A stretch of 64,000 bases of DNA from Acaryochloridaceae cyanobacterium VAR_48_metabat_390 (GTDB lineage Bacteria > Cyanobacteriota > Cyanobacteriia > Thermosynechococcales > Thermosynechococcaceae), in contig JANPLU010000033.1 of NCBI GenBank assembly GCA_031422435.1, forward strand, positions 12,686-76,685. Reading direction: 5' to 3'. Of the stretch, positions 47,767 through 59,852 are shown piece after piece (positions within the stretch are counted from its first letter, which is position 1; every line of letters begins with the position of its first letter). Below the pieces are notes generated by a model. The model saw nothing but the letters and a program-made list of their open reading frames with translations. It was not told where the DNA came from and did no database searches. The position numbers were made by a program, and so were the translations under genes.

Positions 47767-49815
47767 ATGCAAGAAATCTTTTACACTGAAGTCCCCACAC
47801 CTGATACCCATCGCGTCAAAACTTGGCTCCAGAAAAACTTTCAGCCAGTGCTGGGCACAAAAGTTAATACAGCAGAAGGCTGCTGTGTAAAGCATTTGCC
47901 AGAAGCAGAGTGGTCTATTTTTGTTTGGTCTGTACAGCGTACCACCTACCTCAAAGTATTTCGATGGAGCAAGTCGTTTCCTCGTAACGAATCAACATTT
48001 CTTAAAAAACTTCAGCAAGATTTAGCCAAAGCGTTTCCGATCCGGTATCCAGCACCGCCTCAAATCGATCTCACCCAAACCTCCATCTTTGAGGGCTTAG
48101 CCCAGCAATACCCCCTAACCGTTAAATACTTTCAGCAGATGCCCAAAGGCGAAGCTGATCTCAAGCGAGTCTACTGGTGGGAGCAGCGCTGGCGCGATAA
48201 TGTACATTCACCTCAGCAGCCTCGTCAGGTGATCTTTCAAGGCGATGCTGCCAATGCCGATGACCTGCCCACCTATGACCTGATCTATTTAGGCGGTGCC
48301 CTTGGGGTGATTCATGCGGCAGTCATGGCGAAGTTGGGCTATCGCGTACTGCTCATAGAGCGACTCCCCTTTGGACGGATGCATCGAGAATGGAATATCT
48401 CGCGGGCAGAATTTCAAAACTTAATTGATTTAGGTTTATTTACCGCCGCTGAGTTTGAAGACTTAATTGCCCGCGAATATGTCGATGGCTTTCATAAGTT
48501 TTTTGATGCCAATAACCCACCCCAGGCCAAGGCCGCAATTCTCCATACGCCGACAGTGCTGAACATTGCTGTCAATTCAGCCAAGCTTTTGCAGGTCTGC
48601 GGCGAAAAACTCTGCAGAGCGGGTGGCGAAATCTGGGACTACACCGAATTTACTCGAGCCGACATCCAGCCCCACCGAGTGAAAGTGCAGAGTACCTACC
48701 TTCCGGATCAAACACTCAAAGAGGCCACCGGAAAAATCTTAATCGACGCAATGGGCACGGCCTCTCCCATCGCTTGGCAGCTGAACGGCGGACGTACCTT
48801 TGATAGCGTCTGTCCAACGGTTGGTGCCGTTGTTTCTGGCGTTGACCCAGCCGTATGGAATTCATCTTTTGGGGATGTTCTCAACAGCCACGGCGATATT
48901 TCGCGGGGGCGACAGCTCATTTGGGAGCTTTTTCCTGGCCCTGGCAACGAACTGACCTTTTATCTGTTTCACTACCACCAAGTGCATCCTGACAATCCAG
49001 GCTCACTGCTGGAAATGTACGAAGATTTTTTCGCCATCTTGCCAGAGTATCGCCGCTGCGATCTCGACAAACTCACTTGGCTTAAGCCGACCTTTGGCTA
49101 TATCCCCGGTCACTTCAGCGCCAATGACCGCGATCGCACCGTAGCCTATGACCGCTTAGTGGCGATTGGAGATGCCGCCTCCATGCAGTCACCGCTGGTG
49201 TTTACAGGCTTTGGGTCAATTGTACGAAACCTACCGCGTTTGACGGACTTACTCGATACTGCGCTTAGAAATAACCTCGTAAAGGCGCAAGACCTTAATC
49301 AAATCCGCGCCTATCAGAGCAACATTGCCGTCACCTGGCTATTTTCGCGGGGCATGATGGTGCCCACAGGTCGGCAGATTCCGCCCCAGCGCGTCAATTC
49401 CATGCTGAATACCTTTTTTGGCATTTTGGCAGGGGAAACCCCAGAAATGGCGGATGGGTTTGTGAAAGATCGCTTTGGCTGGCTACCTTTCAACCGCATG
49501 GCAATCAAAGCAGCCTGGACTAATCCGGCACTGCTGTACTGGATTTGGGACTTAGTAGGGCCAATGGATATGCTGCGATGGCTCCAAAGCTACTGGAGCT
49601 TTACGATGGCAGCGTTTGTGAATGCCTTGCTCCAAAGCTGGTTTCCGACTTTTGTGCGACGGCTTCAGCCTTACCTAGAGCCGCGCTATCCGAGGGTGTG
49701 GCTGTGGCTGTTGGCAATCAGCTATAGCGTAACGTACTCGATGGGGAAAGCACGAATCGAGCGATCGCTCCCTGTGCTTCCCAAATCCTCACCTGTGCCA
49801 GTCAAAGTGTTGTAA
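47767..49815 (+). CDS. cruA: CruA-type lycopene cyclase (flavin-dependent)
   Basis: YDLIYLGGALG, REWNISR, IDAMGTASP, GDAASMQSPL-x-FTGFG; long N-terminal extension typical of CruA rather than CruP. Confidence 0.8.
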   Translation: MQEIFYTEVPTPDTHRVKTWLQKNFQPVLGTKVNTAEGCCVKHLPEAEWSIFVWSVQRTTYLKVFRWSKSFPRNESTFLKKLQQDLAKAFPIRYPAPPQIDLTQTSIFEGLAQQYPLTVKYFQQMPKGEADLKRVYWWEQRWRDNVHSPQQPRQVIFQGDAANADDLPTYDLIYLGGALGVIHAAVMAKLGYRVLLIERLPFGRMHREWNISRAEFQNLIDLGLFTAAEFEDLIAREYVDGFHKFFDANNPPQAKAAILHTPTVLNIAVNSAKLLQVCGEKLCRAGGEIWDYTEFTRADIQPHRVKVQSTYLPDQTLKEATGKILIDAMGTASPIAWQLNGGRTFDSVCPTVGAVVSGVDPAVWNSSFGDVLNSHGDISRGRQLIWELFPGPGNELTFYLFHYHQVHPDNPGSLLEMYEDFFAILPEYRRCDLDKLTWLKPTFGYIPGHFSANDRDRTVAYDRLVAIGDAASMQSPLVFTGFGSIVRNLPRLTDLLDTALRNNLVKAQDLNQIRAYQSNIAVTWLFSRGMMVPTGRQIPPQRVNSMLNTFFGILAGETPEMADGFVKDRFGWLPFNRMAIKAAWTNPALLYWIWDLVGPMDMLRWLQSYWSFTMAAFVNALLQSWFPTFVRRLQPYLEPRYPRVWLWLLAISYSVTYSMGKARIERSLPVLPKSSPVPVKVL

Positions 49816-49897
49816 CGCAGTAAGAGTACGCTTATTTCAAAACTTTGACTGGACATTGACCAAAGTCAAACGCTTAAGGCAGATCCAGCGTGGTTTT

Positions 49898-50137
49898 TTA
49901 CAAAAGATCCGCGAAGTCATCTTTTTCCTTAATAGTCTCAATTTCAACAAAGGCGCAGGGGTAGGGAATAAACAGCGTTCTTTTTTCATTCCAAACGCCG
50001 CCTTTTTCAGCAACCACCTGCATAATGCCCTCAACGTCACCATTTCCAACATGGATGGTGATGCAAGCTGAGGCAGCTTCTTGATCTCCTTTTTTAAAGG
50101 TTGGGCTATAAAACGTGACTTTTCGACCCTTTGCCAT
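49898..50137 (-). CDS. hypothetical 79 aa protein
   Basis: AGGGAG RBS; directly downstream of carB on the same strand. Confidence 0.6.
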   Translation of the reverse strand: MAKGRKVTFYSPTFKKGDQEAASACITIHVGNGDVEGIMQVVAEKGGVWNEKRTLFIPYPCAFVEIETIKEKDDFADLL

Positions 50138-50196
50138 GTAACGAATGCTCCCTGTTAAAGCCGTTCAGTATTTATTTTTGTAAAACCTTTAGTGCG

Positions 50197-53100
50197 TCAT
50201 TTAGACAGAAGCGTGAGGTGGTAGTCCTGAATGGCTTTGACATCCAATGGGTCAGACTGTAAGGCTTTGATGGCGGCAGCGGTAGCCTTTGCCCCTGCAA
50301 TGGTGGTCACAATCGGAACTTTATAGGTCAACGCCGATCGCCGAATCAGGCGACCGTCTGCCTGCGCTTCTTCCCCAGAAGGGGTATTGAGAATAAGCTG
50401 GATTTGACTATTTTTAATGCCATCCAAAACATGGGGGCGACCTTCATGGAGCTTGAATACCAGCGCCACGTCTAAGCCTGCGTCTTGCAATACTTTGCGG
50501 GTGCCCGTGGTGGCGATCGCCTTAAACCCCATCGCAATCAAGTCTCTGACCACCGGAATAATCGCGTGCTTATCGCGGTCATTCATGGTCACAAACACGG
50601 TGCCTGATAGAGGAATCTTTTGGTTGGCTGAGAGCTGCGCCTTTGCATAGGCACGACCAAAATCTTGGTCAATTCCCATCGCTTCGCCCGTAGAGCGCAT
50701 TTCAGGTCCCAGAATCGTGTCAGTTCCAGGGAACTTCTCAAAGGGTAAAACGGCTTCTTTGACAGAAATATGGCTGGGGATTTTCTCTTCTGTGATGCCC
50801 AGATCCGCTAAGGTTTTGCCAGACATCAATCGCGCCGCAATTTTTGCTAGGGGGCTTCCAATGGCCTTAGACACAAAGGGCACGGTGCGCGAGGCGCGAG
50901 GATTTGCCTCAATGATAAAAACCTGTTCGCCCTGCACGGCAAACTGAATATTCATCAGGCCAATCACCTTCAGGGCTTTGGCAAGCTGAATCGTCCAGGT
51001 GCGGATTTGGTCAAGAACAGGGGCACTGAGGGACAGGCTAGGCAGGGTGCAGGCCGAGTCGCCAGAGTGGATGCCTGCCTGTTCAATATGCTCCATGATG
51101 CCGCCAATAACGACGGCTCCAGTGTGGTCGGCGATCGCATCCACGTCCACTTCAATGGCGTTCTCTAAAAACTTGTCGATTAGAATCGGGTGATCTGGCT
51201 CGATTTGGACAGCGTAGGTCATGTAGCGCTCTAGCTCCGCGTCGGAGTAGACGATCTCCATCGCGCGACCGCCCAACACGTAGCTGGGGCGAACCACCAC
51301 AGGGTACTGAATGCGCTGTGCCACCGCTAAAGATTCCTCAAAGTTGCGGGCAATGCCGTTGGCAGGCTGCTTAATATCTAGCTCCCGCAGAATTTTCTCA
51401 AACCGCTCGCGGTCTTCTGCCGCATCAATTGAGTCGGGTGAAGTGCCCCAAATGGGCGCTTTTGCGTCAGAGAGGGGTACGGCTAGCTTGAGCGGCGTTT
51501 GACCGCCAAACTGAATAATGATGCCCTCTGGGTTTTCAGCTTCTATAACGTTAAGGACGTCTTCTTTAGTGAGCGGCTCAAAGTACAGGCGATCGCTGGT
51601 GTCGTAGTCAGTCGAAACCGTCTCAGGGTTGGAGTTGACCATGATGGTTTCAAAGCCATCTTCGCTGAGGGCATAGGCGGCGTGACAGCAGCAGTAGTCG
51701 AACTCAATTCCTTGTCCAATACGGTTAGGGCCAGAGCCTAGAATCATCACCTTCCGGCGGGTGGAAGGCAGCACCTCGGTTTCAGTTTCGTAGGTGGAGT
51801 AGTAGTAAGGCGTTAGTGCCTCAAATTCTGCCGCGCAGGTATCGACGGTTTTGTAGGCGGGGATTACGCCCAGAGACTTACGATAGGCGCGCACGTCGTC
51901 TTCGGGTGTGTGGGTGGCGTAGGCAATTTGGCGATCGCTAAAGCCTTGGCGCTTAATCGCCCACAGGATGTCGTAGTCTAGTGCCGAAAGCTGAGACTGC
52001 TTCAAAAAATTCTCGGTTTCGAGCAGCTCCTGCATCTCGTTTAAAAACCACGGATCAATTCCAGTAATTTCATAAATTTCGCTGACGCTCAGGCCAGACT
52101 GCATGGCGTGGCGCAGGGTATAGATCCGGTCAGGGCTTGGGGTTCGCAGCCCAGCGCGAATTTGATCGAGAGTGGGGAGTGTTTCGTCGCGATCGCAGCC
52201 CCAGCCAAAGCGTCCATTTTCCATCGAGCGTAGCGCCTTCTGGAATGATTCCTGAAACGTTCGTCCAATCGCCATAGCCTCGCCCACAGACTTCATTTGG
52301 GTGGTCAAGGTCGGTTCTGAACCTGGGAATTTCTCAAAGGCAAAGCGGGGAATTTTGGTAACGACGTAATCAATGGTCGGCTCAAAGCTGGCGGGGGTTT
52401 TCTTGGTAATGTCGTTGGGGATCTCGTTGAGGGTGTAGCCGACCGCAAGCTTTGCGGCAATTTTGGCGATCGCAAAACCCGTCGCTTTAGACGCAAGTGC
52501 AGAAGACCTTGACACCCGTGGGTTCATCTCAATCACAATCATGTCGCCCGTCACAGGGTTCACGGCAAACTGAATGTTAGAGCCACCCGTCTCTACCCCA
52601 ATTTCACGGATGATTTTAATTGAAGCATCTCGCAGACGCTGATATTCTTTGTCGGTCAGGGTTTGGGCTGGGGCAACGGTAATGGAGTCGCCCGTATGAA
52701 CCCCCATCGGGTCAATGTTTTCGATAGAGCAGATAATTACCACGTTATCCGCCAGATCTCGCATTACCTCTAGCTCATACTCTTTCCAGCCGATCAGGGA
52801 TTTCTCGACTAGGATTTGGGAGACAGGGCTTGCGTCTAGGCCAGACTGGGCAATTAACTCAAATTCCTCTTGGTTATAGGCAATACCGCCCCCAGTGCCG
52901 CCCAAGGTAAAACCAGGCCGAATAATAAGCGGGTAAGTGCCAATCTGCTGAGCAATCTCCCGCGCCTCTTGAAAGGTTTCGGCTAACCCCGATGGGCACA
53001 TCGGTACGCCAATGCGCTCCATTGCTTCTTTAAAGAGCTTGCGATCTTCCGCCATTTCGATCGCCGGAAGTTTTGCGCCAATTAGCTCCACACCATAGCG

Positions 53101-53427
53101 CTCTAAAACCCCTGTTTTAGCCAGCGTCACCGCCAAATTCAGCGCCGTTTGCCCCCCCATCGTGGGCAGTAGGGCATCGGGACGTTCTTTGGCAATAATT
53201 TTCTCGACAATTTCCGGCGTTAGCGGCTCAATATAGGTGCGATCCGCCGTCTCTGGATCCGTCATGATGGTGGCTGGGTTAGAGTTCACCAGCACCACTT
53301 CATAGCCTTCATCTCGCAGCGCTTTACAGGCTTGGGTTCCAGAATAATCAAACTCACAACCCTGACCAATCACAATGGGACCAGAGCCAATCAGCAAAAT
53401 TTTGTGGAGATCGTTACGACGGGGCAT
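50197..53427 (-). CDS. carB: carbamoyl-phosphate synthase large subunit
   Basis: MPRRND start, [40 protein letters not shown] domain. Confidence 0.98.
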   Translation of the reverse strand: MPRRNDLHKILLIGSGPIVIGQGCEFDYSGTQACKALRDEGYEVVLVNSNPATIMTDPETADRTYIEPLTPEIVEKIIAKERPDALLPTMGGQTALNLAVTLAKTGVLERYGVELIGAKLPAIEMAEDRKLFKEAMERIGVPMCPSGLAETFQEAREIAQQIGTYPLIIRPGFTLGGTGGGIAYNQEEFELIAQSGLDASPVSQILVEKSLIGWKEYELEVMRDLADNVVIICSIENIDPMGVHTGDSITVAPAQTLTDKEYQRLRDASIKIIREIGVETGGSNIQFAVNPVTGDMIVIEMNPRVSRSSALASKATGFAIAKIAAKLAVGYTLNEIPNDITKKTPASFEPTIDYVVTKIPRFAFEKFPGSEPTLTTQMKSVGEAMAIGRTFQESFQKALRSMENGRFGWGCDRDETLPTLDQIRAGLRTPSPDRIYTLRHAMQSGLSVSEIYEITGIDPWFLNEMQELLETENFLKQSQLSALDYDILWAIKRQGFSDRQIAYATHTPEDDVRAYRKSLGVIPAYKTVDTCAAEFEALTPYYYSTYETETEVLPSTRRKVMILGSGPNRIGQGIEFDYCCCHAAYALSEDGFETIMVNSNPETVSTDYDTSDRLYFEPLTKEDVLNVIEAENPEGIIIQFGGQTPLKLAVPLSDAKAPIWGTSPDSIDAAEDRERFEKILRELDIKQPANGIARNFEESLAVAQRIQYPVVVRPSYVLGGRAMEIVYSDAELERYMTYAVQIEPDHPILIDKFLENAIEVDVDAIADHTGAVVIGGIMEHIEQAGIHSGDSACTLPSLSLSAPVLDQIRTWTIQLAKALKVIGLMNIQFAVQGEQVFIIEANPRASRTVPFVSKAIGSPLAKIAARLMSGKTLADLGITEEKIPSHISVKEAVLPFEKFPGTDTILGPEMRSTGEAMGIDQDFGRAYAKAQLSANQKIPLSGTVFVTMNDRDKHAIIPVVRDLIAMGFKAIATTGTRKVLQDAGLDVALVFKLHEGRPHVLDGIKNSQIQLILNTPSGEEAQADGRLIRRSALTYKVPIVTTIAGAKATAAAIKALQSDPLDVKAIQDYHLTLLSK

Positions 53428-53661
53428 AGGCTCGCACAGAATAGGTTCAGCAGAGGGCAAGGAAACGCAGGAGGGTTCGCCAATTGAACGAACTAAAGGC
53501 ACACAAACACTCCAGAGCATTGAACCAATACCCATCTGGATTATAGGGTTGGATTCGCTGCGCTGGAGAAATTTTCAGGCATCCTCTGCGCCCTCATTAG
53601 ATTACTACAAAAGCTTAGCGGCAAAAGTTTGTAGCTAACGGCTTGCGCTATGCGCTTAATG

Positions 53662-54111
53662 CTACAAAGATCGGCTTAAAAAAGTTGGACCTAGATTTTG
53701 CTCAACGGTATAAGGACATTCTGCTGGGAAAATCGCTGTTGATATCTGCCTTTCTTTCGCCGCATCCCGACGAGCACGTCGATAGTATTTCGCCACCCAT
53801 TCAGAATCTTGTAAAAATCGCTGCAAGCTCGGCGTATCTTCTAAACAGTCTTGGATCTTGTCCCGACAGTGAGAGAGCGTAGCATTCCAGCTTTGAGTTC
53901 TCTTTTCGGGTTGATACTGGCACTTCAGTAAATGCATCAGCAGCACCTGTAGATAACTGCCGAGTTCCCTTTGTTCACTGCGACCCAAAGTTTCTAATTC
54001 CTCGACCAAATTTTCAACGTCTAACCCTGCCCAATAACCTTGGCGCAGATGTTCAGCCTGCTGCTGTGTCCATTGCAGAAAATCCTGATCACAAAGTGTT
54101 GCCTTAGTCAT
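53662..54111 (-). CDS. DUF29 family protein
   Basis: DQDFLQW, LDVENLVEELE.LGRSE, LLMHLLK.QYQP, TPSL, FP.ECPY. Confidence 0.88.
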   Translation of the reverse strand: MTKATLCDQDFLQWTQQQAEHLRQGYWAGLDVENLVEELETLGRSEQRELGSYLQVLLMHLLKCQYQPEKRTQSWNATLSHCRDKIQDCLEDTPSLQRFLQDSEWVAKYYRRARRDAAKERQISTAIFPAECPYTVEQNLGPTFLSRSL

Positions 54112-54259
54112 TCAGCATTACTCCCCTGCACGGAACACCATTAGGTTAGGTCAATGTTAGGTCTATCCCAATATTACTTTGAGATTCAGTAGATCTGCTG
54201 AGTCGCATAATCTGATTGCATTGGTCTAGGATCATAGGCAAGCACTCATCTGATTCGAC

Positions 54260-54850
54260 ATGGTTGCCAGCCCACAGACAAACTTTCTTGAGCCAAAGGC
54301 TTACCTTGAAGCGGAGAAAGATAGCCCAGCAAAGCACGAATATCGCCAAGGTTACGCCTATGCAATGGCTGGAGCCAGCAACACCCATGTTCTTATTGCT
54401 GGCAATTTTTTTTCACTCCTGAGAAGCCATATTCGGGGCGGCGATTGTCGAGCCTACATATCGGATACGAAAGTTCACATAGAAGAGAGCAGTGCCTACT
54501 ACTATCCAGACGTTACTGTAAGCTGTGACCCCCGCGATCGCAGCTTTATGAATTTTCTGCGCTATCCAAGCCTTATTGTCGAGGTTTTATCTAACACCAC
54601 AGAAGCTTTTGACCGAGGCGATAAATTTGCTGATCACCGTAAGTTAGAGTCTTTGCAAGAGTATGTGCTGGTGAGTCAAACCCTCATGCGCGTTGAGTGT
54701 TTTCGCCGTAATACTGATGGACAATGGGTGTTATGCACCTTTGAGGCACAAGACCAAGTGCATCTAGCGAGTCTAGGCTTTTCTTGCTCTGTTGCAGCAG
54801 TCTATGAAGACGTTGATTTTACAGTGGTAACGCAACAAGTATCGGTTTGA
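54260..54850 (+). CDS. Uma2 family endonuclease-like protein
   Basis: KHEY..G..YAMAG, YYPDV, LIVEVLS.TTEAFDRGDKF. Confidence 0.9.
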   Translation: MVASPQTNFLEPKAYLEAEKDSPAKHEYRQGYAYAMAGASNTHVLIAGNFFSLLRSHIRGGDCRAYISDTKVHIEESSAYYYPDVTVSCDPRDRSFMNFLRYPSLIVEVLSNTTEAFDRGDKFADHRKLESLQEYVLVSQTLMRVECFRRNTDGQWVLCTFEAQDQVHLASLGFSCSVAAVYEDVDFTVVTQQVSV

Positions 54851-54856
54851 TAACGG

Positions 54857-55750
54857 TTAGCCCGTCCCTCTAAACAAGCCCTGAGGCTTCACCAGCAGTA
54901 CCAAAACCATAACCACAAGCGCTACAGCTACCTTATATTCTGTCGGAATCCAGTAGGTGCTGACCTCTTGGGCAATGCCGATAATAAAGGCACCTACAAT
55001 CGCGCCATAGGGGTTGCCAATGCCGCCCAAAATAATAGAGGCAAACATCGGCATAATCAAAAACCAGCCCATGTTAGGCCGTGCTGCCTGAATTAACGCG
55101 TACAGCCCACCTGAGAGTGCCGTTAGCCCCCCCGCAATAATCCAAGTCCACAGCACAACCCGCTGCACGTCAATGCCGGAGACGCTGGCAAGGTCTAGGT
55201 CATCGGCAACGGCGCGCATGGCTTTGCCAATTTTGGTATTTTGCAGCAGCAGATGTAACCCCAAGACTGCTAACAATGCCAGTCCAATCACCACCAGTCT
55301 GTAATAGGGGATTTTTAACCCCACAATATCGAGCGCTGTCTGGACGGGCAGGTCATAGCTTTGGTTGCCGCCGCCCCAAATAAAAATAATGCCGTTGCGC
55401 AGAAACAGCGCTAACCCAATCGAAATAATAATCAGCGTAGTCGAGTTCGCGCGACGGCTGCGCATCGGCTTCCAGATCAAATACTCGCTAAGCAGAAAAC
55501 CTGCAATGGTGATAGTGCTGCCTAGGGCGATCGCCACCCATATTCTCAGCTCTGTATTGCCAATCACAGCATCTAAAATCTGCGTGTCAAACAGCAGCGC
55601 CATATAGGCACCCAGGGTCAGAAAATCTCCGTGGGCAAAGTTAGGAAGGCGTAAGATGCCGTTGGTGAGCGTTAGCCCCACCGCAGCTAAGGCAATAATG
55701 GAGCCAACGGCAATGCCGTTGACAAAAAGCTGGGCGAGTTCTAAATCCAT
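54857..55750 (-). CDS. branched-chain/neutral amino acid ABC permease (LivH/NatD-like)
   Basis: NFAHGD, TKIGKAMRAVAD, LGGIGNPYGA, KPQGLF. Confidence 0.9.
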   Translation of the reverse strand: MDLELAQLFVNGIAVGSIIALAAVGLTLTNGILRLPNFAHGDFLTLGAYMALLFDTQILDAVIGNTELRIWVAIALGSTITIAGFLLSEYLIWKPMRSRRANSTTLIIISIGLALFLRNGIIFIWGGGNQSYDLPVQTALDIVGLKIPYYRLVVIGLALLAVLGLHLLLQNTKIGKAMRAVADDLDLASVSGIDVQRVVLWTWIIAGGLTALSGGLYALIQAARPNMGWFLIMPMFASIILGGIGNPYGAIVGAFIIGIAQEVSTYWIPTEYKVAVALVVMVLVLLVKPQGLFRGTG

Positions 55751-55840
55751 TCCAAGGTATCCGGCGGCAGGGTTCAGGCGTTTAACTTTATCAATTTACC
55801 AGGGTTTTGCGGCATTCTTTATCCTCCTTTTCTCCAAAGC

Positions 55841-55879
55841 AATAGCCCAGCCACGGTTATGAAATGTGACTGGGCTATT
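55841..55879 (-). terminator. hairpin downstream of ftsH
   Basis: AATAGCCCAGCCAC...GTGACTGGGCTATT. Confidence 0.6.
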
Positions 55880-55917
55880 AAGTGAGGTATTGAATTAAAG
55901 AAGCTGAGGCGCTTGGT

Positions 55918-57759
55918 CTACGCGATCGCCGCCATGGTCACATCGCTCGTATTCAGAATCCCCTGAAGCTCTTCAGAGTCAACGGTTTCCTTTTCTACCA
56001 GCATGTCAGCAATTTTGTCGAGAACCAGCTTGTTTTTGACCAAAACATCCTTGGCTCGACGGTAGGCTTGATCCACCAGATTTCGAACTTCGTCATCAAT
56101 CGCAGCAGCAGTCTCATCAGAGAAATCCCGCTCTGCCATGATGTCGCGCCCCATAAAGGGGTTGCCCTGCTGACGACCGAGGGCAACAGGGCCTAGGCGA
56201 TCGCTCATGCCAAACCGCGTCACCATCTGACGGGCAACTCGCGCCACCTGCTGAAGGTCATTGGAAGCCCCTGTGGTCACTTCATCTTCGCCAAAGATAA
56301 TCTCTTCAGCGATTCTGCCGCCCAAGGCAACCGCCATTTGGTTTTGCAGATAAGAGCGGCTGTAAAGGCCAGACTCCATTTGGTCTTCACTGGGGGTAAA
56401 CCAAGTTAGACCGCCTGCACGACCGCGAGGAATAATGCTAATTTTTTGAACCGGATCGTAGTCAGGCATCAGCGCACCTACTAAAGCATGACCTGCTTCG
56501 TGATAGGCCACCAAAACCTTACGCTTTTCGCTCATGACGCGATCTTTCTTCTCAGGTCCTGCCAACACGCGGTCGATCGCGTCGTTGACTTCATCCATAG
56601 AAATTTCGGTCAGGTTGCGACGAGCCGCAAGAATCGCAGACTCGTTGAGCAGATTAGATAAATCTGCACCCGTGAACCCTGGAGTACGGCGGGCAATCTT
56701 TTCAAGATCCACGTCCTTGCTCAAGGTCTTACCGCGAGAGTGAACGTTCAGAATTTCGAGACGACCCTTGTAGTCTGGACGATCTACCACCACTTGACGG
56801 TCAAAACGACCGGGACGCAGCAGTGCGGAATCCAACACATCAGGACGGTTTGTAGCCGCAATGATGATAATGCCCGTATTGCCTTCAAACCCGTCCATTT
56901 CAGTCAAGAGCTGGTTGAGGGTTTGTTCGCGCTCATCGTTACCGCCACCAAGACCTGCACCCCGCTGACGGCCTACCGCGTCAATTTCATCAATAAAGAC
57001 GATGCAGGGCGCATTGGCCTTAGCCTGCTCAAACAAATCACGAACGCGGGATGCACCCACACCCACAAACATTTCAACAAACTCAGACCCAGAGATAGAG
57101 AAGAACGGAACACCCGCTTCCCCTGCGACAGCCTTTGCCAGCAAGGTTTTGCCTGTACCAGGAGGGCCGACCAGCAGAACGCCCTTCGGAATTTTGGCCC
57201 CCACAGCCGTGAAGCGATCTGCATTTTTTAAGAAGTCAACGACTTCGCTCAGTTCCAGCTTGGCTTGCTCAATCCCTGCCACATCGTTAAACGTAATCTG
57301 GGTTTGAGGCTCCATCTGGACGCGTGCTTTAGACTTGCCAAAGTTCATGGCCTGGTTTCCAGGACCACTTTGAGCGCGACGGAATAGAACAAACAGACCC
57401 ACCAGTAGTGCGATAGGCACTAAGAATGTACTCGCTGCTCTGACCCAAAAGCCTTCATCCGTTGGCGGCATCACATTAATATCAACCTTATTTTCGGTCA
57501 AGATATCAATGAGCTGAGGGTCAGGGGGAAGATTAACCTGTACCCGAGTACCGTCTGCCGTGATGACTTGGGCTTGGCTGCGATCTGCGCTCAAGCCGAT
57601 CTTTTCAATCTTGCGATTTTCAACTGCCTCAATGAGCTGACTGTAGCGCCAGGTTTCTTTTGCTACAGGCTGTTTGTCTAAGAAAGAGGTCGCCAAAGCC
57701 AAGACCACAATCCCTAAAAGGACGTATAGTCCTGCATTTCTCCACCGCTTATTATTCAC
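55918..57759 (-). CDS. ftsH: ATP-dependent Zn metalloprotease FtsH (FtsH3-like N-terminus)
   Basis: [30 protein letters not shown]. Confidence 0.97.
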   Translation of the reverse strand: MNNKRWRNAGLYVLLGIVVLALATSFLDKQPVAKETWRYSQLIEAVENRKIEKIGLSADRSQAQVITADGTRVQVNLPPDPQLIDILTENKVDINVMPPTDEGFWVRAASTFLVPIALLVGLFVLFRRAQSGPGNQAMNFGKSKARVQMEPQTQITFNDVAGIEQAKLELSEVVDFLKNADRFTAVGAKIPKGVLLVGPPGTGKTLLAKAVAGEAGVPFFSISGSEFVEMFVGVGASRVRDLFEQAKANAPCIVFIDEIDAVGRQRGAGLGGGNDEREQTLNQLLTEMDGFEGNTGIIIIAATNRPDVLDSALLRPGRFDRQVVVDRPDYKGRLEILNVHSRGKTLSKDVDLEKIARRTPGFTGADLSNLLNESAILAARRNLTEISMDEVNDAIDRVLAGPEKKDRVMSEKRKVLVAYHEAGHALVGALMPDYDPVQKISIIPRGRAGGLTWFTPSEDQMESGLYSRSYLQNQMAVALGGRIAEEIIFGEDEVTTGASNDLQQVARVARQMVTRFGMSDRLGPVALGRQQGNPFMGRDIMAERDFSDETAAAIDDEVRNLVDQAYRRAKDVLVKNKLVLDKIADMLVEKETVDSEELQGILNTSDVTMAAIA

Positions 57760-57888
57760 GAGATCTCATTCCTCCTGGCTGAATGGGGGCCGGATGTAAC
57801 TTTATTGCTTTTATTAACTAATGTTAACTTATCTCAGAAAGATGCTGCACTGCAATGGGTGCAAAAAGTTTCTGAAGTACGAGGGCGA

Positions 57889-59127
57889 CTAGTTGGTGCG
57901 AATCATGCTGCCTTCGGGGTTGATCAGGCGCAGCAGCTTTTGCTTGATCTGAGTATCAAAGACGCTCCACTTCAGTTTGGCGTACTCAGAGTTTTCGTTT
58001 AGACCCGATAAAAAGCCCATCGGAATCTCAAAACCGCCCGCCAGCGATCGCCCCCCGCCAAAGAATCGACCCTGGGCGTCTTGCCCAAAGGCTTCTTTAA
58101 TAAACTCATCGGGGTCGAGGGTAATTTTAGTGGTTCGCAGAGAGCCAACCACCAGCTCTAGTTCCTCATCCTCATCATGGGCAATGCCGTAGACCACCGC
58201 CGTATGGACGTTATCTTCGGTGATTAAAAAATCTGCCGCTTGGGGAATGGCATCACGGTCGTCGTAGCGCAAAAAGCCTACCCCAGCAATGCTGACATTG
58301 TTTTGGATGGAGCGGTTCTTGAGCGATCGCTCAATTACATCCATCACCTGTTTAGAGCGGGTAGACTGCAATACCGTATTCAGCGTTTGCGCGTCATAAA
58401 ACCGACTCAGGTAAGCCGCCGCCAAAAAGTCTTCTTCTTGAGCCTGTCGAAGACCGTTGGTGTCAGACCGAAGCCCATGCATGAGTGCCGTGGCGCACTT
58501 GACATGCTCGCTGGTTCCGTTGTCGAGATGCAGCAGCCCAGCCTGAAGATACTGGGTCAGAATCGTTGCCGTCGCGCGAGTGTGGGTACGAATATCCAAA
58601 AATTCGGCGTGCAGGTCATCCTGAGAGCTGTGATGGTCAATCACCACCAGAATGGGGAGTTTTGCCTGCTGTACTAAGGGCATGAGTTGACTGGTCGTGC
58701 CCTGGTTATCAATCAGCACGCAGCCTTTATAAACAGACCAGTCTTTTGCCTTTGCGGTGGGGCAATTCCAACGCTGCACCGGAAGTCCGGTCAGCTTTAC
58801 GAGGGCAATATTTTCTTGGTGGCTCAGGGTACCGCCGTAGACAATATCGGACTGAATTTCAAAGCGCTCTGCAATCAGTCGATAGGCCCAGGCCGATGCC
58901 AACGCATCGGGGTCAGGGAAGTCTTGCAAAATCACAAGATGCCGCTCGCCTCGGTGCTTGTCAAGGACGCGGATTAGTGCGTCTCCACGGGCATCCGCAA
59001 TGCGCTGAGTTGGGCTAGACAACCCCAGGCGAGACTGGATTTTTTCACCGTCTCCCAGCAAGATTTCTGTGGGGTGTAATGCCAGGGAAGGCTCAACATC
59101 AGCAGTGGACAAAGAACTCTGCACCAT
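57889..59127 (-). CDS. DHH-family phosphoesterase (NrnA-like)
   Basis: PDPDALASA, IDN, IDHH, SDT, FFGGG. Confidence 0.88.
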   Translation of the reverse strand: MVQSSLSTADVEPSLALHPTEILLGDGEKIQSRLGLSSPTQRIADARGDALIRVLDKHRGERHLVILQDFPDPDALASAWAYRLIAERFEIQSDIVYGGTLSHQENIALVKLTGLPVQRWNCPTAKAKDWSVYKGCVLIDNQGTTSQLMPLVQQAKLPILVVIDHHSSQDDLHAEFLDIRTHTRATATILTQYLQAGLLHLDNGTSEHVKCATALMHGLRSDTNGLRQAQEEDFLAAAYLSRFYDAQTLNTVLQSTRSKQVMDVIERSLKNRSIQNNVSIAGVGFLRYDDRDAIPQAADFLITEDNVHTAVVYGIAHDEDEELELVVGSLRTTKITLDPDEFIKEAFGQDAQGRFFGGGRSLAGGFEIPMGFLSGLNENSEYAKLKWSVFDTQIKQKLLRLINPEGSMIRTN

Positions 59128-59292
59128 AGGACGCTCAGGAGTATTCAGAAATTAAAAGGTTAATGATTGAGTCTTGACGCCGATCCACTTTCACACTCTC
59201 TTCATCATAGGGTGCCACAGGGATAGAGTGGTCTTACTCTGAGGGATGATTTATTTCTATGGGATATTCACACTTAATATCCCATTTCACAT

Positions 59293-59790
59293 TCATAGGC
59301 CAATCATGTATTTGCGCCACTCTTGATGACCGCCATTCTGCACCTGTTTATTCACTTCAAAGTACAGGCTACTAAACGGTCGTCTTGGGTTTTGGTGCAG
59401 GGGCATTCGCGCTTCTTGGGGGGTGCGATTGCCTTTTTTGACGTTGCACTTCACACAGGCGGCAACAATATTCTCCCAACTGTCGCCCCCGCCCCGTGAC
59501 TTGGGCATGACGTGATCTAGGGTTAAGTCATCGCCGCTGTAGCTGCAATATTGGCAAGAATGTCCATCACGGTTCAATATATTGCGGCGCGTGAGGGAAA
59601 TTTCTTTGTGGGGTAAGTGGATGAACTGGCGCAGGCGAATCACGGTCGGCAGTGGGAAGTTTGCGTACACATACTTCCCATTATGCTCAACCTGCTCAGC
59701 TTTCTCTTTTATCAACAAAACAATGGCACGTCGCCAGCTTGTAATGTTCAAAGGCTCGTAGGAAGCGTTTAAAACCAGAACTTTGCCCAT
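59293..59790 (-). CDS. HNH endonuclease (McrA-like, conserved type)
   Basis: VLVLNASYEP, RD..CQYC, TLDHV.P.SRGG, CVKCN..K. Confidence 0.92.
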   Translation of the reverse strand: MGKVLVLNASYEPLNITSWRRAIVLLIKEKAEQVEHNGKYVYANFPLPTVIRLRQFIHLPHKEISLTRRNILNRDGHSCQYCSYSGDDLTLDHVMPKSRGGGDSWENIVAACVKCNVKKGNRTPQEARMPLHQNPRRPFSSLYFEVNKQVQNGGHQEWRKYMIGL

Positions 59791-59852
59791 AAATGCTTGA
59801 CAAAGACATTTTTAAAGATGTTAGCACAGCTCTCTTAGGCAGCAGAGTTTGC

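Noticed and set aside
53428..53535. N-terminal extension of CarB in the ORF track
   Set aside because: Conserved CarB begins at MPRR (53427); the extension is an upstream in-frame artefact.
53662..54850. DUF29 + Uma2 as a toxin-antitoxin or restriction system
   Set aside because: Divergently oriented; both are highly paralogous families scattered through cyanobacterial genomes.
56740..58977. Long antisense ORFs opposite ftsH and the DHH gene (similar ones opposite sat, phoX, carB and dnaK)
   Set aside because: Shadow frames of well-conserved genes with no recognisable motifs.
59293..59790. HNH as a mobile or defence nuclease (IscB/Cas9-like)
   Set aside because: Short stand-alone conserved cyanobacterial type, with no RuvC motifs and a housekeeping context.
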